Positions 39,951 to 53,153 of a stretch of DNA of 64,000 nt are shown piece after piece. The notes under the pieces were generated by a model. It ran no database searches, had not been told where the DNA came from, and saw only the letters and a list, made by a program, of their open reading frames with translations. Each line of letters begins with the position of its first letter. Positions within the stretch are counted from its first letter, which is position 1. Position numbers and translations under genes: made by a program. Source of the stretch: Ptychomitrium polyphyllum (taxonomy: Eukaryota); NCBI GenBank assembly GCA_973851085.1, contig OZ316775.1, positions 11,904,001 through 11,968,000 of the forward strand, written 5' to 3'.

Positions 39951-42388
39951 TTTCTATATATACTAAATTAAAAAAAAATCAAAACTTCCTCTTTCCCCTA
40001 TAATTATGCTTTGTACATTAAATTTAAAGAAATAAAAGCTTCCACCCTCTGCTACAAATATGTTATGTACACTAAATTCAAAAATATCAAAACTTCTCCT
40101 TTTCCACAATTATGCCAACCAAACTTTATATCCCATAATTCTAAGCAAAGCACAAATAAGCATGTTGGGCCTTAAACAACATGTTGAGCCCTCTAACATC
40201 GCTCAGCAACACAAGAATGATAACCTCCATCCGCTGTCATTCAATGGGGCAACTACGTGAAGAGCAATAATGGAAAGGCGATAACGGAAGGGCGATGACA
40301 AAAGGGCGAGAACGGGATCAGTTTTTGTTGTTTGCACCTGATTGCCAAGGAATTCTACGCACGAGTTTTTGTGGTTGTCATTCTCAATCCCCAGTTGCAT
40401 ATATAAGCCTAATTTTTTTTTATTATATCACATCTTCCCTTTAGAATTAAGGGCTGCAATTACTTTATGTAAATACTTGTCTAATACTAGAAAGTAATTG
40501 AAGAAGTTTCCTTGGTGATGGAAGAGTAATGAAGAAGTTTCTTTAGTAATGAAAGAGTAATTTTGCATTTAGAAATCATCCTTTGTGTATCCAAGGTATT
40601 CATATTTCTTGGTGGTTTAAGGTAAACATGTAGATTTTATAAATTTTACATAGTTAGAGATAGACAATCATTGTAATCTTTTTCAAACTTTATTTATTTT
40701 ATAATTGGAATTTAAAGAAGACATAGGGAGGTTTAGTATGGATAACAAGGTAGCTAGAGATATTAAGGGTACTGAAGATATAATCAATAAGGTGGTGTTG
40801 GAACAAAAGATTACAAGTAGGTAGAAGAAGGCAAAAGGTAGACCTCACAAGAAGTAGCTCCAAGCTTTATTGAATCCAAGCATGTTCTCTAAGATTGGAT
40901 GGCAAGATGTTCTTAGTCCTTAGACTTTAAAGACTTGCAAAAAATACATTGATCCGTGCCACATTAATAAATGGTGGTCCATTGATTGGAATGGTGCAAA
41001 TTGAATTGCCAACAAGGAAAATTTGAAGTTTTGTACGTGCTTTGATTTCATACAAAGACGCATAAAAGTGTGGAAAGTTCTCTACCAACTACCTTAGGTA
41101 GAAAGGAACAAAATTGGCTTATTTCTAATGCAGTTGGTGGATATAGAGGTTGCTTTGGCAAAAAAGGTGGATTGAACTATTTTGCTATAGTCCAAGAATA
41201 TTAAACAACCAAGTCAATATACCATTTCTCGGGGTGTAATGTTATTTCCAAATGGTGGTTTACGCATTGTAAGAGGAGAACCTCTTAAGAAAGTAAATGT
41301 TGCTACAATTCTCTTAAGTTCATCTAAATCAAAAAAAGAAGAAGCATTTCACACATTGGCCCTACTATTGGCCTATAGGTTCCCCGCACAAAGATTTATT
41401 AGGCAACCAGTAAGTCGTATAGCTCAAGAATGGACAAGAGTGGTATCATTTGATGTGCTTACTGCGCAGGCCATTGCTTTGGTGGATGCAAACGACCAAG
41501 AAGAGCCAACTTAATACTTCAATATTGTAAGTAAAAATGACTTTATCTAGCCTACATTTTCTAATCAAAGTAGCAAAGTGAGGCCAAATATTCAATTAAA
41601 GAGTATTGCAGAATGCATGGAAGAATTGAAGCTTAAAGATACCACCATCAAAATCTTAGAATACAAGGTTCAAAGCTTGATAGTGCAAACTGCAAGTAAA
41701 TTTGAAATTATTAAAAAATTGGAAGAAGAAGTTGCACAGCTTTACAATTTTCAAGGTTGTTCAAATATCTTTGAGCCAATGGATTGCACTAAGACTTTTC
41801 CAAAATCAAATCAAGCTGTCCATGACTTGAATAATGTTATTGCTCATGCTACGTATGGTATTCTAGAAGAAATTCCTAATCCGCAACAGCATATAACAAT
41901 GACTTTTGGGCTCGCCAATGCACATAAAAGTCATCTCTGTTAGTCTAATATTGTAATACGAGATGTACAAGGAATAGAAGACTTTTTGTTGTTTCCACCT
42001 ATGTTTACAACTGATGATTTGTGGAAATTGAGAATGACTAATACTAGCCTAGTCAATCGTCTCTAATAACTATCAAAAATATATTATCAATAGAAGGTAG
42101 TATGCATATTTACGGTCGATTGAATTGTCCAAATATTAAGTGAGTTCCAAAAAAATAGATCATGGATATTTATAGGAAAATAGGGCCCGCAAGTTTGGTT
42201 TCACATCTTAGGCCCTTACAGATGATTTGTTCCCTGAAGATATATCCTTCAGGGAGGATAATGATGATTGTGTGGATTAGGCAAAATTTGGATAGAATTA
42301 CAAGAATGTAAAATCTATCCATCCAAATGAAGAAGACTGCATTGTATTATGGCCAAATCCAAAGTTGTTTGTGTTGGAATACTTCAAA

Positions 42389-42777
42389 TATCACGGACAT
42401 ACATATTAGAAGCATCTAGAAAGGTTCTTAGAAGGTTTAGGAAGCTTCTAAGGAAGTTACCTCGGCTTAGGAAATTTCTATGGAAGTTACTTTGGCTTAG
42501 GAAGCTTTCAAGGAAGCAACTCAAGGTTTCTTGAGTACAAAGTAATATAGTAGAAGCTTCTCAAGAAGCTTCTAAGGTTTATAGTCTTAATATATATAGG
42601 AGTCGAGGCTGAAGGGATCTTTAATCTTGACAATGCGTCTCTTGTTGTCTAACTTTGACCTTTTGGCCTTGTATTTATACCTTGTTACAACTTTTTATCC
42701 CTAATATACTTTGGACATATCTTATTCCACATCTTGGAATCCTGAAGCCTTGTCTTAAAATTACTATATTTGTAACA
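42389..42777 (+). repeat. 5' LTR of outer element
   Basis: Ta(TG)...CA ends; collinear with 54652-54998; TATA at ~42591. Confidence 0.88.
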
Positions 42778-45700
42778 GTTTGTCGAAACCGTCATACAAC
42801 ATAAATCAGAGCTTGGTCTTTCTTGATTAAGAGCAAATCATCTTTCTTCTTGAAAGAACTATAGCACTCTAAAGGTTGCAGATTATCCTCCTTTAGACTG
42901 ATATTGTCTCTTGAATTTTATTTTATTTTTGATTTTTTTGCATATTTAGTAGTTTTATTTTTTTTTGTTTCATTTTTATGCTAGGAGGAGAAGAAGTCAA
43001 TATGACTGATTAAAAAGAATCCAAGTCAAGATTCCTTTATCGATGCCCTTGAAGCATTGAAAACCAAGATCAATACTTTATCTAAGCAAAACAAAGAACT
43101 GTACTTGACCATACATAATGGTCAAGGATAGAAGCACCCTAGTTGCTATCCTAGGTCAACTTAAGTGCTTCACTATTTAAACTTGACTTAGTAGAAGATA
43201 GACCAATTTGAGCCAAGAATTGAATGTCAACGGCCAAAGAACTAAAAATCAGCCTATCTAAGAAGTTTGATTGTATGCGTTTGAAATTTTGAGGCTTTGT
43301 AAACTAAATTCAACTTGTTACCTTGCTTCAACCTCAACAGTATCCTGTAGACACTTTGCACATTGATTTGGTAGAAACATTGCTCTCAAGACAAGTATTG
43401 TCATAGTTTGCACCACTTTTTGAGAAGAATTCTTCCATACTTAGCAACTTTGATGAGTTCCTAGCTGCGTTTGCAAAAGCATTTGGTGACTATGACAAGC
43501 TTTAATCTGCAACTACTAAGATTCGTGCCTTGCGCCAAGGGCCATGTTCTATCTCAACTTATGCATTGGAATTCAATAATTTGCATGCAAGATCAATTGA
43601 AGAGAAGAAGTTCCAATGAATTAATTTCATTGGGACATATGCAACAAAATTAAGGATTTATTGCTATCCATGCTAGACCTCCAAACACTTGATGAGGCCA
43701 TCAATTAAGCTTTGAAGTGCAATAATTGTTTACTTCAACGTCGACAAGATAAACAGACTTTTATTATGCCTTTTGCCATATATCAATTTTTTGGTAGCTT
43801 TGGTTCCGTCTACCTTTAATAAGTATTTGGGAACAAAAGCCATGCAAATTGATGCGGTTTGCTTCAAGCCCTTACCAAACATGAGAAGAAGCGACGAAAG
43901 GATTGAGGATTGTGTTAGTACTGTAGAAAATCTAGCTACAAGGTTAATAATTGTCTAGAGAAATCCCTACGTACATATTGGATGAAGAATACAACCACAA
44001 TTCCAGATACTTTGCAAGAAAACAAGAACATCCAAGCACAGTGGAGATTGTGTAGCTAGGTCCATTTTTTTTGCAAGAAAAAAAAGATCCTGTCTTATCA
44101 GCTCTCTTCTCCTCTTGTTTTACTATATCTATTTGTTAGGTGTTCAAAAATTCAAAAGCCTTGCTCTAATAGATTCAAGAGCCTTTGCTTGCTTTATTAA
44201 CAAAGAATTTTTAAAAACCTATAAATTTCTTTTTATTACAAACTCCAAATCCGTCCATGTAGAGGTCATAGGTGGTCAATCATTATCTTTTGGAGATGTT
44301 ATTTATGAGACCAATCCATTAATAGTAATATTGAACAACCATAGTAGCCAAGTGATATTTAACGTCATTAGATCTCCGTCAAATTCCATCATTTTAGGAC
44401 TTTTTTGGTTCAAAAAGTACAATCTATAGATAAATTGGATGTTCTATAAAATAAAATTCCCAACATTAGAATTTGTAATTTTCAAGTGTAGAGAGGAAGC
44501 TACAAATCTAAGACTATAAAGCCTCTCTTTCCTGGAACTAAAGCATTTATAATAGCAGCAAAGACTGTTGTTTTTTTTTGTTGTGTGTGCAATTTTAATG
44601 TTCAAGGTTGTGGCTTCATAATCAACCATTCCAAAAAAAATATAAGGAGTTCAACATGTATTCAAAAAGAAGAATGCAAACACCTAATTTGAACATTGTT
44701 CCTACGATTATGCCATAGACTTCCAAAACGGTGCCCAGCCACCATTTGAACCTATCTATAATTTATTCCAAAACAATCTTTCATCACTAAGGGAGTATAT
44801 TGATGAAAACTAAGCCAATAACTTCATTTGACATTCAAAGTCTTTTGTTGGTGTTCCAATACTTTTTATAAAGAAGAAAGATGGATCTTTACAAATGTGT
44901 GTCAATTATTGCAGCCTCAACAAAATGATGGTGAAAAACTGATATCCATTGCCGCTGATATCTGGACTTTTTGATCAATTTTATCAAGTAAAAATCTATA
45001 CCAAAATAGACTTGTAAAGAACCTACAACTTAGTGCACAATCAGAAAGAAGATAAATGGAAGATGACTTTTTGAACAAGGTATAGACATTTGAATACAAT
45101 GTCATGCCATTTGAACTTACCAATGTACCCGCCATTTCTTAGTACTTGATGAATGACATATTTGAGGAGTGTCTAGATGATTTTGTCATATGCTATTGGA
45201 TGATATTTTGATCTATTCAAAGAATTCAGAGGAACATAAATAATATGTCCGCATAGATCTATAAAAGCTACAAAATGTCAATTTGTATGTCAAGCTAGAG
45301 AAATGAATATTCCATGAATCTCAAATGGACTTCCTTAGATATATCATCTCCAATAAAGGACTATTAATAAATCCAAAGAAGGTTGAAGGAATCAACAATT
45401 GGATAAGGCCAAAATCAATACGCAATATTTAATGTCTTTTTGGATTTGCAAACTTCATCAAGGACTATTCTTAAACAGCTGCACCACTTACGTAACTAAT
45501 ATGCAAAGAAAAACTTGAATGGAGATCCGATACTAAGGATGCATTCCAAAGTTTGAAGCAAGTTTTTACCACACCTTCAAATCTGATCCATCCAAACTTT
45601 TCAAAGAAATTTTATCTTAAAACAGATGCTTCCAACTTTCTGCTAAGAGCAGTTTTGTCCCAAATGGGAGCAGAAGGGAGACTCCATCCGGTTGCATTCC

Positions 45701-47887
45701 ATTCCAAAAAAATTTGCTGCAAAAATCAACTACGAGATCCATAATAAGGAAGTCCTTGCAACTGTGGATTCCTTTCAAGAATGGCGTCACTTGTTCAAGG
45801 GTGCCGTGCATCCAATTATTGTATATACAGATTACAAGAATTTGGATTATCTGATGTCAGCTTGTGTTATGAATTGCCACCAAGCTCGTTGGAGTATGTT
45901 TTTATCTCGATCTGATTTTTGCATCACATATTGACCCTGAAAATAACAAGGATTATTAGATGCTTTATCAAGGCAATCATATCTTATACCAAAGAAAGAA
46001 GAAGTAGCATACAATCAACAACAAGCAACTTTGTTAAAACTCAAACGATTTTGTGTACACACAACCACCATTTCAACTTCGGTGGTTTTATTGTTCCTTG
46101 ACCAGGTTTGTGTGGCATCTACTGAGGATCCTCTTTTTCTTGATATCAAGCATCATTCCAACAACATCAATAAAGATGTGTCTAAGTTCAAATTAAAAGA
46201 CAACCTTTTCTACTTTGAAGAACGTCTATATATTCTTGAAGGATTAGTTTGCCTTTGTGTATTTCAAACATGTTATGACTTTCTTGCAGCTAGATATTTT
46301 GGAACCAACAAAACCTTGGAATTCCTCTCTGTCAATTTTTGGTGGCCCCAAATATGAAAGGCCGTTAAAAAATTTGTACTCTCATGTAATACTTGCTCTA
46401 GGTCAAAGAGCCCTTGACACCATCTATACAAACTTTTCCAACCACTACCTATTCCACAGCAACCGTGGTCATCTATTTCAATGGATTTTATTATAGATCT
46501 TCCACTGTCAAATTTTTTGGATAGCATCTTTGTTGTGGTAGATTGGTTGACCAAGATGGCATCTTTTGTACTTTACAAAAAGACAATTACAAGTGAAAAA
46601 ACTGCTACACTCTTTATGGATAATGTCTACAGCTACCATAGATTATCTAACAATATTATAATGGATTATGGACTATAGTTTGTATCAAGATTTTGGAAGT
46701 TGCTCTTTGAAATCCTTAAGGTGAACATAAAACTTTTTTCTACCTTCCATCCTCAGATTGATGGCCAAACAAAGCAAGTCAATAGAATCTTGGAATAATA
46801 TTTGAGGTGTATCATCAACTACCGACAAACTGATTGAACTTCCTACTAATATTGGCTGAGTATGCTTATAACAACAGCGGTCACGCTTCCACCTAATAAG
46901 CGTCATTCTACTCCAACTATGGACATCATCCAAGATAGATATATTACAGCCTCTACGGTATGAGAATCCAATAACAGAAGAATTTGCCACAATGATGGCA
47001 GAGCTTCAAACAACCATGAAGACTTAATTAGAAGGAGTTTGAGAATGATACAAAATAGTAGCAGATGCAACAAAAAAGAAACAACCTCCATTCCAAATTG
47101 GTGAGAAGGTATAACTTTTTTGATGCAATATAAGGACCAATAGGCCATGTGATAAGCTGGACTATCACATAATGGAACCATTTGTAATAAAAAAAAATAA
47201 GCCAACCACATGGCATTCTATTTGGAACTATCAATATCAATGAAAGCACACCCCGTCTTCCGTGTTTCACTTTTGGAAACTTATAAAGAATCATATATCC
47301 TGGGATGAAGGCAGTTGCGACCACCTATGGTTAATTTCAACAATCACCATGAATTTAAAGTAGAAGTGCTTGACTTATGGATAAGACATGGAAAGCTGGA
47401 ATATTTGGTCTATTGGTGCAGAGGTAACATCAGTGAGTGTACCTGGGAGCCAACTAACAATCTTGCCAATTTACTAGTATAAGTTTATGAATTCTATCAA
47501 CAACATCCATCTAATCCAAAATAGCAAGACAAAGAATAGTGACTTGGTAAGGTTGCATAGCTTTTAAGGCTCTTAATGCTTAGGCTTTTAAGTAGGAAAG
47601 AAAGCAATTTCTAGATCATATATTTCTAAAGCCCTAGATATAATTTAGAAATTAGTCGTTTATATTTTGAAGTTTATCATAGGTCCTTGAAACTAGCTCA
47701 ATATATTAGATTTGGGCAGTTAGGATGCAAATACCATGTTAGTGGTGTCAATTGAACCAAATGGCTTTCGTTGACAACTTCATAATGAAGTACAGATTGG
47801 GCCAAGAAGAAGTTGAAAGATACTTAATAATAGATTGTTGGTGATTGTCTTTGAAGTAAAACCAACTTACAAAGGGCATCCATAAGC

Positions 47888-48427
47888 TGTCAAGGACATA
47901 GATCATACAGTATAGTTCTTAGAACATTCTGGAACCTTCTAGTATACTATAATAGCTTCTTAGAATACTTTTAGATGTCTCCATAGTCTTTTCCATGTTC
48001 TTAAGAAGCTTTCTAGGAAAGTCCTTCCACCTTAGGAAACTTCCTAGGAAGGTTCTATCATCTTAGGTAACTTCCTAAGAAGGTTCTACTTCTTTAGGAA
48101 ACTTCCTAAGAAGGTTCCAACTCCTTGGAAGCTTTTTAGGAAGGTTCCAATATTTTAGGAAACTTCTTGGGAAGGTTCCTTAGACTTCCAAAACATTCTT
48201 AAGCCTTGTAGGAAGCTTCTTTAAAAGTATCCTAGGAGATACAACGTCATAGTATAAATAGGAGGCAAGACAAGGTATTCCTTAGTCTTGCCAACACAAG
48301 TTGTGGATCATCTTGAATCCTGCCTTGTTCTAGTCTTTGTATCAAGTTTTTGTTAATTATTAGCTCTTTGGAAGCTAATTCTTGGGAAACACTTTGTTTC
48401 TGCTTCTTGTTTCTTGTGTCCCTAATA
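47888..48427 (+). repeat. 5' LTR of inner element (540 bp)
   Basis: Starts TGTCA; TATA 48253-48260; matches 53807-54420. Confidence 0.95.
47921..47940 (+). promoter_or_regulatory. Perfect four-pentamer heat-shock element in LTR U3 (also 53840-53859)
   Basis: aGAAc aTTCt gGAAc cTTCt = alternating nGAAn/nTTCn without gaps. Confidence 0.65.
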
Positions 48428-48429
48428 GT

Positions 48430-48441
48430 TTGGCAAGACTA
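48430..48441 (+). promoter_or_regulatory. Self-priming-type primer binding site
   Basis: ttggcaagacta, 2 nt after the LTR, is the exact reverse complement of tagtcttgccaa at 48283-48294, ~30 nt downstream of the TATA box. Confidence 0.8.
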
Positions 48442-48663
48442 TTTTTCATCTTTGTCAGAGCTAAGGTTCTTTAAAAAAGAGTGTGGATTACCCATCTTCT
48501 TGAGGATTCCATAGCGTCTTAGAGGTTGCGGGCTACCCTCTTCTAAGCTAGCACCATAGAGTTAATTTCTCCTTTTAGAACTAAGTATTACTTTTTTTAA
48601 AGGACGTGGATTTTCCTCCTTTAAAGGTACTCATAGTCTTTCTATCTTTGAGAGTTTTAAGAA

Positions 48664-49683
48664 ATGGATAATGTGCCTAGAACATCAGAGAATAGGTTTG
48701 CAACTATTGCAGACCTTCAAGAGTTATTAAATACAGTTCGAACGGAACTCGCCCGTTTTAATACCACCAACAATTTGGAGCAACATACTCGGCAAGCTGA
48801 AGAACCCAATGGTGATATTCAAAGCCTATATCAAAAGGTTGTTCGATTGCGAGAAGCCAATATTAGAAGGGAAGGCTTACGTCAAACCCATGCAGAGCCA
48901 AAGATTAGCATGCCAAATAAGTTTGATGGATCAAGATCAAAATTGAAAGGCTTTGTTCAACAAGTAAGACTCTTCCTTAGTTTGCATCAATCTTGTTGTC
49001 CTGATGGCACAACTCAAGTGGGATTTGTGGCCACTCTTTTATCAAACAATGCACTATCATGGTTTGCACCATTAATGGAGAAGCAATCACCATTATTGAA
49101 CAACTTAGATGCTTTTATAGAAGCATTGACATCTACTTTTGGAGACACCGACCAAGAGAGGGTCCTTGAAACAAGGATTCAGAGTGTCCAACAAGGACAG
49201 CGCTCAGCTGCTACATATGCTGCAGAGTTTCAACAATTAGCTTGCGACCTTGATTGGAATGATAAGGCCTTGGTCACACGATTCCGATGGAGCTTAAGAG
49301 CAAATGTAAAGGACTTGCTACTCACAATGCCAAGAGTTGAAACATTGGACGAATTTATCACTCAAGCAATAGCATGTGACAACAAACTATCTGAGAGGCG
49401 CCAAAAACAACGCTTGGAATGGCGACCAGTACATCAAAGTATGGCTACCACTTCTTCAAGAATATTGGAAAATTGACCACAAGGACCAGAACCTATGCAA
49501 ATTGATGTTGCCTAGTTCAGACGTTTGACTCCAGAAGAAAAAGAAAGGCGTCGAAAAGAAAACCTATGTTTGTATTGTGGCAAGTCTGGCCATTAAGTGT
49601 ACGATTGCCAAATCAAAGGATCTGCCTTTAAGGCTCAGAGCACAATGGTGGAGTTGGAAAACGAAGTTGTCCAGTCACAGTAG
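48664..49683 (+). pseudogene. gag: gag of inner element
   Basis: PKISMPNKFDGSRSKLKGFVQQ, ALSWFAPL, QGQRSAATYAAEF, PEPMQID and zinc knuckle CLYCGKSGH*VYDC; three premature stops; natural stop TAG at 49681. Confidence 0.92.
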
Positions 49684-52600
49684 GGACCATGCAACTGGAC
49701 ACTACAAGGAAACCACCATCAAATCAAAGTCTCTTACTACCTTCAAACCCTACCTCTTGTTTTACATTTCCTACCAAAATTAAATTGTTAGATGATGAAA
49801 TGATTAGTGAGGCTCTTTTAGACACTGGTGCAACAGCATGTTTTATGGATAAGGATTTTGCAACCAAATATCACATGGTGCTTGTGAAGAAAAAATATCT
49901 TGCACATGTTGAAGTTATTGATGGACGATCTCTTGCGTCTGGCAACGTTATTGAAGAAACTCAACCATTGGAGGTTGTTTTAGGAAACCAGGCATTTAAA
50001 ATTGTCTTCAACATCATTCAATGCTGAACGAACCCTATTGTTTTGGGCCTTCCTTGGTTTGAATTACATAATCCAGACATTGACTGGCGCTCACGGAGTG
50101 TGGTTTCAAGGAAAAGACGCTAAGGTACAAGAAATATTGAACCATCATTTATTGGAACTAAGGCATTCATGAGAGCGACAAAGGATGAACCAATCTATGC
50201 CATCTATGCCACGCCAATGTCTAGCTCTACAATAGAGACTAATCAAAACATACCTCGTCAATATCAAGATTATAAAGACGTTTTTGAGAAGAAGAATGCG
50301 GACATGTTACCAAAGCACCGGCCTTACGATTGTACCATTGAGTTGCAAGAAGAAGCCCAACCACCTTTTGGACCTATTTATAACTTATCACAAACTGAGT
50401 TGACTGCCTTGAGAGAATATATTGATGAAAACCTTGGAAAGGGTTTCATTCAACACTCTAAATCACCTGCTGGAACACCCATTCTATTTTGTAAAGAAGA
50501 AAGATGGATAATTACGTATGTGCGTGGACTATCGAGGCCTCAATAAAGTAACAAAAAAGAATTGCTATCCACTACCATTAATCTCAGGATTCCTACAACA
50601 ACTTAGCCAAGCAAAGATATTCACCAAAATCGATCTTAGAGGAGCCTACAATCTTGTACGCACCAAAGAAGGAGACAAATGGAAGACAGCTTTTCGATCT
50701 AAGTATGGTCATTTTGAATACAATGTCATGCCTTTTGGCCTTACTAATGCTCCCGCAGTCTTTCAGCATATGATGAATGATATCTTCCATGAACACCTAG
50801 ATGATTTTGTAGTCATCTACTTAAATGATATTTTGATATATTCAAAGGATGAACAAGACCACGAATGTCATGTGCAACTGGTTTTAGAAAAACTACACCA
50901 GCGAGGATTATATGCCAAATTGGAGAAGTGCCTTTTCCATGAATCATCGGTTGAATTTCCAAAGGAGGAATCCATATGGATAAGAAAAAAATAAGCACTG
51001 TCATGGAGTGAAGTACGCCAAGATCAATTTGAGATCTTCAATGTTTCTTGGAATTTGCAAACTTCTACAAAATATTCATCAAGAATTATTCCAAGATTGC
51101 AGCACCATTGACACGTCTTACGGGGAAGCAAAAATTCATTTGGGATGAAGAAGCGGAAAAAGCATTTCAAAGTCTTAAGAAGTCATTCACGTCGGTTCCA
51201 ATTCTTATTCATCTAAATCCATCAAAGCCTTTTTATTTGGAAGCGGATGCCTCAGATTTTGCGCTTGGCTCAGTACTCTTTCAATATGATGAAGACGGGA
51301 AAACTCACCCACTTTCCTTTTGTTCAAGGAAGTTCTTAGCGGTAGAGATCAACTATGATATACATGATAAAGAATTACTCGCAATTATAGATGCGTTTGA
51401 AGAATGGCGACACTTATTGGAAGGAGCTCAACATACCGTCACGATATACACTGACCACAAGAACTTTAAGTATTTCATGAGTGCGCACGTTTTGAATCGC
51501 CGTCAAGCAAGGTGGAGTATGTCGCTTTCCAGATTTGACTTTGTCATTACCTATCAATCTGGTAGCTTGCAAGGTAAGCCAAATGCCTTATCTTGAAGAT
51601 CTTATTTAGCTCCTCAACATGGAGATGATGTTTTGAATCAACAAAGGACTATTTTATTGAAGCCTGAGAATCTTCAATTGAAAGCAGCCATTATTACGAC
51701 AACATCCCATTTTGACAAAATTCAGAAAGCTTTAAAGAATGACGTCTTTGTTTCAAATATAAAGAAGCGCCTCAAAGACAATGGAGGTCTTTCAAATAGC
51801 GATGAGGACTTTGAATTCCAAGAGGGCCTACTTTATTATAAAGGACTTTTGTATTTACCTCCAGGCCCTTTGCGGTTGAAGATCCTTCAAGCACGTCATG
51901 ATTTTCCAGCAGCAGGACATTTTATATTCAATAAAACAATGGAGTTGATTGCTAGAGACTATTGGTGGCTATAAATGTGGAAGTACGTAAAGGACTTTGT
52001 TTGATCATGCGACACTTGTGCAAGAGCCAAGGTACCAAGACACCAACCTCATGGTCTCCTCCATCCGCTTCCAGTGCTAAAGGGCCCATGGTTGTCTTTA
52101 TCAATGGATTTTATCACGAACCTTCCAAATTCCAATTCTAAGGATTCTATTTTGGTAATAGTAGATCGATTTACCAAAATGGCACATTTCATTCCAATCA
52201 ACAAGACAATAACAGGAGAAGAAACTGCCAAGTTGTTCCTAAATCACGTCTACCGCATACATGGACTATCAGATGATATTGTATCCGATCAGGGGCCGCA
52301 GTTCATTTCCAACTTTTGGAGGGCTCTATTCCAGCTGTTGCGTGTAAAGATCGATCTTTCTTCAGCACCTCATCCGCAAATTGATGGCCAAACTGAACGT
52401 GTAAATCAAATTTTGGAACAGTACCTTTGTTGTAGCATAAACTACCAGGAAGACAGCTGGATGGATCTCTTGCCTTTGGCAGAATTTGCTTACAAGAATA
52501 CGGTGCATTCTTCAACAATTCAAAGTCCATTCTTTGCAAACTATGGGCATCATCCTCGAACACATCCATTTCAAGTGAAGCATGTTAGAAGCCCTGCAGC

Positions 52601-53153
52601 AGAGGATTTTGCAATTCAACTTGTTAAAATCCATCAAGAAATTACTTTCCAATTACAACAAGCTCAAGATCGTTACAAAACTTATAGAGATCGCCATCGA
52701 AAAGACCATCCAAAGTTCAAGGTTGGAGATAGCGTATGGCTCTTACGACAAAATAAACAGACAAAGAGACCATCAAAGAAGTTGGACTATCAAAGGCTAG
52801 GACCGTTTGAAATCAACAAACAAATAAATCCAGATAGTTATCGCCTAAAGCTACTCCCAATCATGCAAATTCATCAAGTATTCCACATATTGTTGTTGGA
52901 AACCTATAACAAATCATGTATACCAGAGAGAATTGTCCTTCCGCCTCCTCCGCTGGAAATCAATAATGAAATTGAATATGAAATGGAAGAGATCTTAGAT
53001 TCACGCATCAAGAACGGACATGTGGAGTACCTTATACATTGGCAAGGATATGGCATCAATGATAGAATATGGGAACCTTCAACAAATGTAACAAATGCAT
53101 CCGAGAAGGTACGCAAATTTCATCAAAAATATCCTCAGAAACCAGGTCAATGA
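49656..53153 (+). pseudogene. pol: pol of inner element (protease, RT, RNase H, integrase, chromodomain)
   Basis: [94 protein letters not shown]...WEP. Multiple stops and frameshifts. Confidence 0.95.

Noticed and set aside
48030..48180. Palindromic ~31-bp repeats resembling a CRISPR array
   Set aside because: No unique spacers, no cas genes, eukaryotic context; the repeats lie within both LTRs.
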